From: Nitrospinota bacterium
GTDB lineage: Bacteria; Nitrospinota; Nitrospinia; Nitrospinales; VA-1
DNA length: 22,652 bases
Direction of reading: 5' to 3'
Assembly: GCA_038108555.1 (NCBI GenBank)
Contig: JAYNIA010000034.1
Location: 7,687-30,338, forward strand
Position numbers and translations under genes: made by a program. Each line of letters begins with the position of its first letter. Position 1 is the first letter of the stretch. Below, in pieces: positions 17,490 to 22,652 of the stretch. The notes under the pieces were generated by a model. The model saw only the letters and a list, made by a program, of their open reading frames with translations. It did not search any database and was not told where the DNA came from.

Positions 17490-17864
17490 ATGAGAATCTA
17501 TATTCCTCTTAAGGGATTAATAATTTTTGTTTTTGTTTTTTTAATTTCCAGTTCTTCTGCCTGGGCTTCATTTGAAAAGTTTGATTTGGGGCAAGCGGGC
17601 GATATTAATTTTTCAGGTCAGATTTATGACAAGGATAAGTCTATTGATAAGGATGACTTGCCAGAAGAATCATCTCCTGCAATTTTAGCTGCATCTGATA
17701 AAGCTGAAAAAAAGAAGAAAAAAGCCAGAAAAAAGAAAAGAACCAAGAAGAAAAAAAATAAATCAAAAAAATCAAAGGAAAAAATGAAAGATAAAGACAG
17801 GGATGATGAGTTGGATAAAGGTAAAGATGAAAATGAAGAACACACTGGAGAAAAAGGAGATTAG
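17490..17864 (+). CDS. Secreted charge-blocked protein with poly-Lys tract
   Basis: GAGG RBS, signal peptide ending SAWA; central KKKKKARKKKRTKKKKNKSKKSK flanked by acidic segments. Confidence 0.75.
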   Translation: MRIYIPLKGLIIFVFVFLISSSSAWASFEKFDLGQAGDINFSGQIYDKDKSIDKDDLPEESSPAILAASDKAEKKKKKARKKKRTKKKKNKSKKSKEKMKDKDRDDELDKGKDENEEHTGEKGD

Positions 17865-17886
17865 AAACTGATTTCCTTTTTAATTT

Positions 17887-17914
17887 AAGGCAAGGGGGTT
17901 TTCCCCCTTGTCTT
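17887..17914 (+). terminator. Terminator-like hairpin
   Basis: AAGGCAAGGGGG-TTTT-CCCCCTTGTCTT, a 12-bp stem with one G-U pair, 22 nt after the 17864 stop; short U-tract. Confidence 0.6.
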
Positions 17915-17951
17915 TATAAAGTAGTTAAGGTCCAAAAGGAAAATAATATCA

Positions 17952-19133
17952 ATGAAAGATGAAAAGATTATTTATCTCAAGGGTAACAGAATTTGCCCTG
18001 ATCCAATAGATGGCAGTTTGACGATAAAGAATTTGGTGAATGAATATTTCAATGGCTATAACGCAGCCCGGTTAAAGGAAATCTGCCAACTCGTTTCTCT
18101 GAAAATGTCTCAACCTGATGTGTTCATTGGGGTGAGTCTTTCCGGAGCTCTGACTCCAGCAGGATTAGGGTCCTCCTGCATTGTTCCTCTGATGCGGATG
18201 GGAATGATTGATTATATTATCAGCACAGGCGCAAACCTGTATCACGACCTGCATCATTCTTTAAACCTTGAATTGCTTCAGGGTAGTCCTTTTGTGAATG
18301 ATAACGAATTGTTTGAAAACAATATTATTCGTATATATGACATTTTTATGGATTTCAATGTGCTGACCAATACGGATCATTGGCTTATCACTACCATGGC
18401 GCAACCTGAGTTCCAAAAACGTATGGGTACACGGGAATTACATCAGTTGATAGGTAAATACGCCGATCAGGTCGAATCAAAACTCAATACTACCGGAAAA
18501 AGTATTATTGCTGAAGCTTATCGCCTGGGAGTCCCTATCTACACTTCATCTCCAGGGGATAGCACCCTCGGAATGGATATTGCTGCGCTAAATTTGATTG
18601 GAAAAGAAATATTCATTGATCCGTCAATAGATGTGAACGAAACATCCGCAATAGTTCTTGAAGCTAAATTAAAAGGAAAAAGCGGGGTGATTGTTTTCGG
18701 GGGAGGTTCACCGAAAAACTTTATTCTTCAAACTGAGCCTACGCTTCAAGAGGTTTTGGGAATTGATATTAAAGGACATGATTATTTCGCGCAAATAACT
18801 GATGCCAGACCCGATACGGGTGGACTTTCCGGGGCTACTCCCTATGAAGCTGTAAGCTGGGCAAAAATCGATCCAGAAACTGTTCACCATTCAGTTGTTT
18901 GTTATTGCGACACCACAATAGTCATGCCAATTCTGGTGGGATATCTTCAAGACCTTGGAATCAGAAAAACCCCTAGAAAACTTTGCGAAAAGATTCCGGT
19001 TTTAATTGAGAATCTTCGAAAGGCATTTTTAGCAGAAAATAATTCTGGAGATGGAAATCGTAATGTTTCTGAAGTGGTTAAGTTTTTGAAGGAGACCTGG
19101 AAAGAAACAAAGGTTTTTTCAAGACCTAAATAA
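17952..19133 (+). CDS. Deoxyhypusine-synthase-family protein (bacterial; homospermidine/polyamine synthesis type)
   Basis: SLSGALTPAGL, STGANLYHD, IRIYDI, SPGDSTLG, GGGSPKNF, DARPDTGGLSGATPYEAVSWAK (catalytic Lys retained). AAGGA RBS. Confidence 0.9.
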   Translation: MKDEKIIYLKGNRICPDPIDGSLTIKNLVNEYFNGYNAARLKEICQLVSLKMSQPDVFIGVSLSGALTPAGLGSSCIVPLMRMGMIDYIISTGANLYHDLHHSLNLELLQGSPFVNDNELFENNIIRIYDIFMDFNVLTNTDHWLITTMAQPEFQKRMGTRELHQLIGKYADQVESKLNTTGKSIIAEAYRLGVPIYTSSPGDSTLGMDIAALNLIGKEIFIDPSIDVNETSAIVLEAKLKGKSGVIVFGGGSPKNFILQTEPTLQEVLGIDIKGHDYFAQITDARPDTGGLSGATPYEAVSWAKIDPETVHHSVVCYCDTTIVMPILVGYLQDLGIRKTPRKLCEKIPVLIENLRKAFLAENNSGDGNRNVSEVVKFLKETWKETKVFSRPK

Positions 19134-19186
19134 TTTTAGGGCCTTTGAATTTTTATCTAACTTTATTAAGAGGTTGAAGTAGAAAA

Positions 19187-19486
19187 ATGGGTAAAAAAAG
19201 CGGTAGCAAAAGAAATTGGGACAACGATAATAATCATTATCCAAAATTTGATGAGGAATATCCAGAGTTCAGTGAGCTTGTAAATTTAAATGATTTTGAG
19301 GAGTTTGAGGATTCTGAGTATGACGAGGATTTGAAGGATTTCAAGGAATTTGGTGGGTATTCAATGTACCCCTTTGAAACCAGTTTTCTCAAGCCCGAAA
19401 GAATTAGAAATAAGGAGAGTTTGGACTCTCCAAGAAACAACCAACTAAATAATAAACCAAAAAGATCTTCGAGAAAAAAGAAATAA
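19187..19486 (+). CDS. Hypothetical small protein, basic-acidic-basic
   Basis: GAGG RBS; acidic/aromatic core FDEEYPEF..DFEEFEDSEYDEDLKDFKEF with Lys/Arg-rich termini. Confidence 0.6.
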   Translation: MGKKSGSKRNWDNDNNHYPKFDEEYPEFSELVNLNDFEEFEDSEYDEDLKDFKEFGGYSMYPFETSFLKPERIRNKESLDSPRNNQLNNKPKRSSRKKK

Positions 19487-19558
19487 TTTTTTTAACCACT
19501 AAGAAATTTGGTTCAAAATTTCCTAATTTAACCTAAAACCCTGTAAGGGAATTTAAAA

Positions 19559-19813
19559 ATGATACAAGAACTGGTTTCAGATTTTTGGCTAAATGGAAAA
19601 GATTTAAAAGAAGAAGGTACGTTTCGAGCTGCTTTAAACCTGTTGTTAAAGGAAGTGAGAACAATGCTTGACAGTTCAAGTCAATTGGCAAAATCCATTG
19701 ATAGGGGTGACTCCCATAAAGTTATGGCTAAATTTGCTACCGAAGAAGGTTATGGAGATTTAGCTGAAATACTTCAAGTTGGTGAAGATGAAAAAGAAAA
19801 GACAATCATGTGA
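19559..19813 (+). CDS. Hypothetical protein with partial-repeat C-terminus
   Basis: AAGGGA RBS; its C-terminal part is duplicated at 22433-22487 with several synonymous changes, supporting coding status. Confidence 0.6.
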   Translation: MIQELVSDFWLNGKDLKEEGTFRAALNLLLKEVRTMLDSSSQLAKSIDRGDSHKVMAKFATEEGYGDLAEILQVGEDEKEKTIM

Positions 19814-19896
19814 GTGAAGTTGGGTTCGGGTCGGTAGGAGGGGGCCGGCCTGAATTCCTATTTTAAAATTTAATTTCCCAAAGGAAAAATAAACGT

Positions 19897-20115
19897 ATGA
19901 AGTACGACAATATAAAATACCTAAAAGGTACGACAGAACTTTATAGATTGGCAGAAGAAGAATATGAAAAATTTATATTTAACCGATCCTTTGATGGTTT
20001 CTTCAGGCCTGTCAGATTTAAAAATAGATACAGAAAAAGCCGGTTTGAAGACGAGGATAATATTTATAAACGGCCAAAGTTTTCCGCCATAAAAAAATGG
20101 TCAAACCAGAATTAA
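19897..20115 (+). CDS. Hypothetical small basic/aromatic protein
   Basis: AAGGA RBS upstream; 72-aa ORF co-oriented with its neighbours; no recognisable family. Confidence 0.5.
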   Translation: MKYDNIKYLKGTTELYRLAEEEYEKFIFNRSFDGFFRPVRFKNRYRKSRFEDEDNIYKRPKFSAIKKWSNQN

Positions 20116-20350
20116 AATTTTTTAATACGCTTGACGTTTGAAGCAAAAGTCTTATTTGCAGGTTGCCAGATCTCCCCAGGGTTGGTGTGGTAGAAATCGA
20201 AGAAGTCGATGCTGTAGATTTCGAATGAATCACAGTGTTTTATAACTTCAATGATCGCCTTTGATCTTCTATTGCATCAACCCCTTTTTTGTTATATTGA
20301 AATGCCTGTAATGGTGTTATTTTTCTTTACGATTTACAAAACCAATTTAT

Positions 20351-21409
20351 ATGGATTTATTAGAAATAAACCAAACCTTTTTAGTCCATTTGGGGACAGC
20401 TCTTGGTCTAGCGGGTTTAGCTTTTGGTTTACTTCAGTTATTAAAATCAAAAATACTGGCTCAATCCCCACCCAAAAACCCTACCTTTAGAAAAACCTAT
20501 GACTTGATCCAAGGACTACTTTCAAAAACCAGATGGTTTTTTGTATTAATCCTTTCAATTTACTTTGGGTCTCTTGTCTTAAACCTTCCTGGACCAGTTG
20601 CCAAAAAAATCGGTCAAGTAGTTTTTATTGTTTTACTTATTCAAATTGGCTTGTGGGGTACTTGGTGGCTTAGCCATTGGGCCAAAGTTACATTTAAAGC
20701 AAAGAAAGAATCCGATTCTGCTCAGGCATCTGCTATAGGCCTGCTTAAAATAATCGGCCAAACTGTGCTTTGGGTAATTCTTATTGTTGCGGGTTTGTCC
20801 AATTTAGGATTTGAAGTATCCACTCTGGTCGCTGGGTTGGGAGTTGGTGGTATCGCCATTGCCCTGGCATCACAGAAAATTTTGGGAGATTTGTTTGCCT
20901 CCCTAACCATAATCCTCGATAAACCATTTGTAGTTGGTGATTATATTGTTTCTAATGATATCCGGGGGACAGTAAAGAAAATAGGACTCAAAACTACATT
21001 GGTCAGAAGTCTGGAAGGGGAAATGTTAATTCTACCCAATTCAGACCTATTGGAAAGTCGTTTAAGAAATTTTCGAAGGATGGAAGAACGGCGAGCACTG
21101 ATAAGCATTGGCGTTGTATATCAAACACCCCTTGAAAAATTAAAAATTATTCCAAAATTAGTTCGGGAAATTATTGAAGGCCAGGAAAACACCCGTTTTG
21201 ATCGGGCCCATTTCAAGGAATACGGCCCACATTCCCTTAATTTTGAAATAGTTTATTTTTTAACATCAAGGGATTACCACTTATACATGGATACCTTGCA
21301 AGAAGTTAATTTAAAGATTTTTGAACTTTTTGAAAAAGAGAAGATTGAGTTCGCCTACCCAACTCAAACGGTGTTTCTTGAAGGAAAGGATGAAAATAAG
21401 AACTCATAA
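20351..21409 (+). CDS. MscS-family small-conductance mechanosensitive channel
   Basis: LVAGLGVGGIAIALASQKILGDLFAS, DKPFVVGDYI, GTVKKIGLKTT, LILPNS, IEFAYPTQT. Confidence 0.93.
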   Translation: MDLLEINQTFLVHLGTALGLAGLAFGLLQLLKSKILAQSPPKNPTFRKTYDLIQGLLSKTRWFFVLILSIYFGSLVLNLPGPVAKKIGQVVFIVLLIQIGLWGTWWLSHWAKVTFKAKKESDSAQASAIGLLKIIGQTVLWVILIVAGLSNLGFEVSTLVAGLGVGGIAIALASQKILGDLFASLTIILDKPFVVGDYIVSNDIRGTVKKIGLKTTLVRSLEGEMLILPNSDLLESRLRNFRRMEERRALISIGVVYQTPLEKLKIIPKLVREIIEGQENTRFDRAHFKEYGPHSLNFEIVYFLTSRDYHLYMDTLQEVNLKIFELFEKEKIEFAYPTQTVFLEGKDENKNS

Positions 21410-21450
21410 CTTGTAATGAAATCACCGCCTCTTCTTTTTCGCTCTACCTT

Positions 21451-22185
21451 ATGAACCCTACCCACAAAAGTTTTAGTACATTTGACCTTCAACCTGGAAG
21501 AAAGCTGGCAGGGAAATTTGAAGTTATTTCAAAGTTAGGCAATGGATGGGAAGGGGAAGTTTATAAAGTCCGCGAGATTAAAACCAAAATTGTGCGTGCC
21601 GCAAAACTTTTTTTTCCTAATAGAAATTTACTAGAAAAATCATCCAAGGCTTATGCCCAAAAACTTCATAAACTTCGAGAATGTTCTTTATTAATCCACT
21701 ACCATACTCAAGAAACCATTATTTTTAGGAAGCAAGCCATTTCGGTTTTAATTTCTGAATATGTAGAGGGGGAGCTTTTATCTGATTTTATTGAAAATTT
21801 TCCGGGGAATCGGCTGGACCCTTACAAAGCTCTTCATTTGCTTTATGCCCTTGTAGTAGGGCTGGAAGAAGTTCATTTGATGAGGGAATACCATGGTGAT
21901 TTGCACCTGGATAACATCATTGTGCAAAGGTTTGGACTTGTCTTTAATGTCAAGGTTTTGGATTTGTTCCACTGGAAGTTACCGAAAAGCGAAAATATGC
22001 AGGATGATGTTATCGGATTAATTAAAGTTTTTTATGAAAGTATGGGAGGGTCAAAATATTATTCCAAGCACCCCGAGATTGTAAAAAATATTTGTTGTGG
22101 CTTAAAGCGAAGTTTAATTCTCCACAAATTTAAAACAATTTCACACCTAAGAAGTTATCTGGAAACCTGCGAGTTTACAGACTAG
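21451..22185 (+). CDS. Single-domain Ser/Thr protein-kinase-like protein
   Basis: Gly loop LGNGWEGEVY, AAKLF, ISEYVEG, HGDLHLDNII, VLDLF in place of DFG. Confidence 0.85.
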   Translation: MNPTHKSFSTFDLQPGRKLAGKFEVISKLGNGWEGEVYKVREIKTKIVRAAKLFFPNRNLLEKSSKAYAQKLHKLRECSLLIHYHTQETIIFRKQAISVLISEYVEGELLSDFIENFPGNRLDPYKALHLLYALVVGLEEVHLMREYHGDLHLDNIIVQRFGLVFNVKVLDLFHWKLPKSENMQDDVIGLIKVFYESMGGSKYYSKHPEIVKNICCGLKRSLILHKFKTISHLRSYLETCEFTD

Positions 22186-22434
22186 TTGGAAAACAGCTAT
22201 AAGAGCAATTCCATGGTTGAATCTATACTGAGATAGCCACTCCACACAGGTTTTTATTTATTTAGCGATGGGTAGTTTTTCCTTAGTAATTATTTATCCA
22301 CCCAACCCTTTATAATTACGAAAAACATCCATTCAGCGTTATTTCTCGGACTAAATTTCTCAATATATTTTTTCTGTGAGTATGAATTTTCCTGGGGCTC
22401 TGGTGGGGGCCGGTCGGGATTCCCTAAAAAAATT

Positions 22435-22506
22435 ATGGTTAAATTTGCTACAGAAGAGGGTTATGAAAACCTGGCTAACATACTTCACGCTTATAAGGTA
22501 AATTAA
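22435..22506 (+). pseudogene. Fragment paralogous to the C-terminus of ORF 19559..19813
   Basis: MVKFATEEGYENLANILH versus MAKFATEEGYGDLAEILQ; 45/55 nt identical (22433-22487 versus 19722-19776). Confidence 0.7.
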
Positions 22507-22547
22507 GAGTTTGCCGGGCAAAATAAGAGGAAATTTGGGGGGAACTT

Positions 22548-22583
22548 AAAAAACAGCCTAGGGTCCATGGACCATAGGCTGTT
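22548..22583 (-). terminator. Intrinsic terminator downstream of tRNA-Asp
   Basis: Near-perfect palindrome AACAGCCTA-G-GGTCCA/TGGACC-A-TAGGCTGTT ending in T6 on the minus strand, 6 nt after the CCA. Confidence 0.85.
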
Positions 22584-22589
22584 AAAAAG

Positions 22590-22652
22590 TGGCGGGGCCG
22601 ACGAGACTCGAACTCGCGACCTCCGGCGTGACAGGCCGGCGTTCTAACCAAC
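22590..22652 (-). tRNA. tRNA-Asp (anticodon GTC), 5' end outside the window
   Basis: Reverse complement GTTGGTTAGAACGCCGGCCT-GTC-ACGCCGGAGGTCGCGAGTTCGAGTCTCGTCGGCCCCGCCA shows the D-loop, anticodon arm, TTCGA T-loop and encoded CCA. Confidence 0.97.

Larger units (their letters stand above)
9822..22589. mobile_element. Putative tRNA-Asp-anchored genomic island (~12.8 kb), no integrase visible
   Basis: Flanked by the tRNA-Asp 3' end and its duplicated 13-bp core with extended similarity. Mixed accessory cargo, small orphans and gene remnants. Confidence 0.65.

Noticed and set aside
22186..22515. Integrase gene or remnant adjacent to the tRNA
   Set aside because: No tyrosine-recombinase motifs (HxxR, LGH, TxxY) could be read in the frames I inspected.
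1..22652. CRISPR array, IS elements or known anti-phage defence genes
   Set aside because: No regularly spaced repeats, transposase ORFs or recognisable defence domains were seen.

Overview
This is an AT-rich bacterial chromosome segment with two parts. The left part (1-9700) holds a secreted DUF1566/Lcl-domain protein, a CPA1 Na+/H+ antiporter fused to a cNMP-binding domain, and a tandem-DUF1538 membrane protein followed by two P-II-like genes, the first frameshifted in an A8 run. It also holds modABC with two tandem ModE-type boxes, a SprA-related HExxH protein behind a sigma28-type promoter, and a heavily deleted receiver-domain pseudogene. The right part (~9822-22589) lies between tRNA-Asp(GTC) at the window end and a diverged ~85-bp copy of that tRNA's 3' end plus terminator at 9738-9821. 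It therefore looks like a ~12.8-kb tRNA-anchored island with no integrase in it. The most striking cargo is a tightly coupled three-gene operon: a Ddl-like ATP-grasp ligase fused to an M20 peptidase domain lacking its metal ligands, a GGT-family enzyme with a remodelled glutamate pocket, and an N-formylglutamate amidohydrolase-like enzyme. Together they suggest an undescribed amide synthesis and turnover pathway. The island also carries mgtE, a probably inactive secreted SNase-fold protein, a candidate structured RNA, charge-blocked secreted proteins next to a deoxyhypusine-synthase-like gene, an MscS channel and an atypical kinase. All family calls come from motif recognition by eye; no searches were run.
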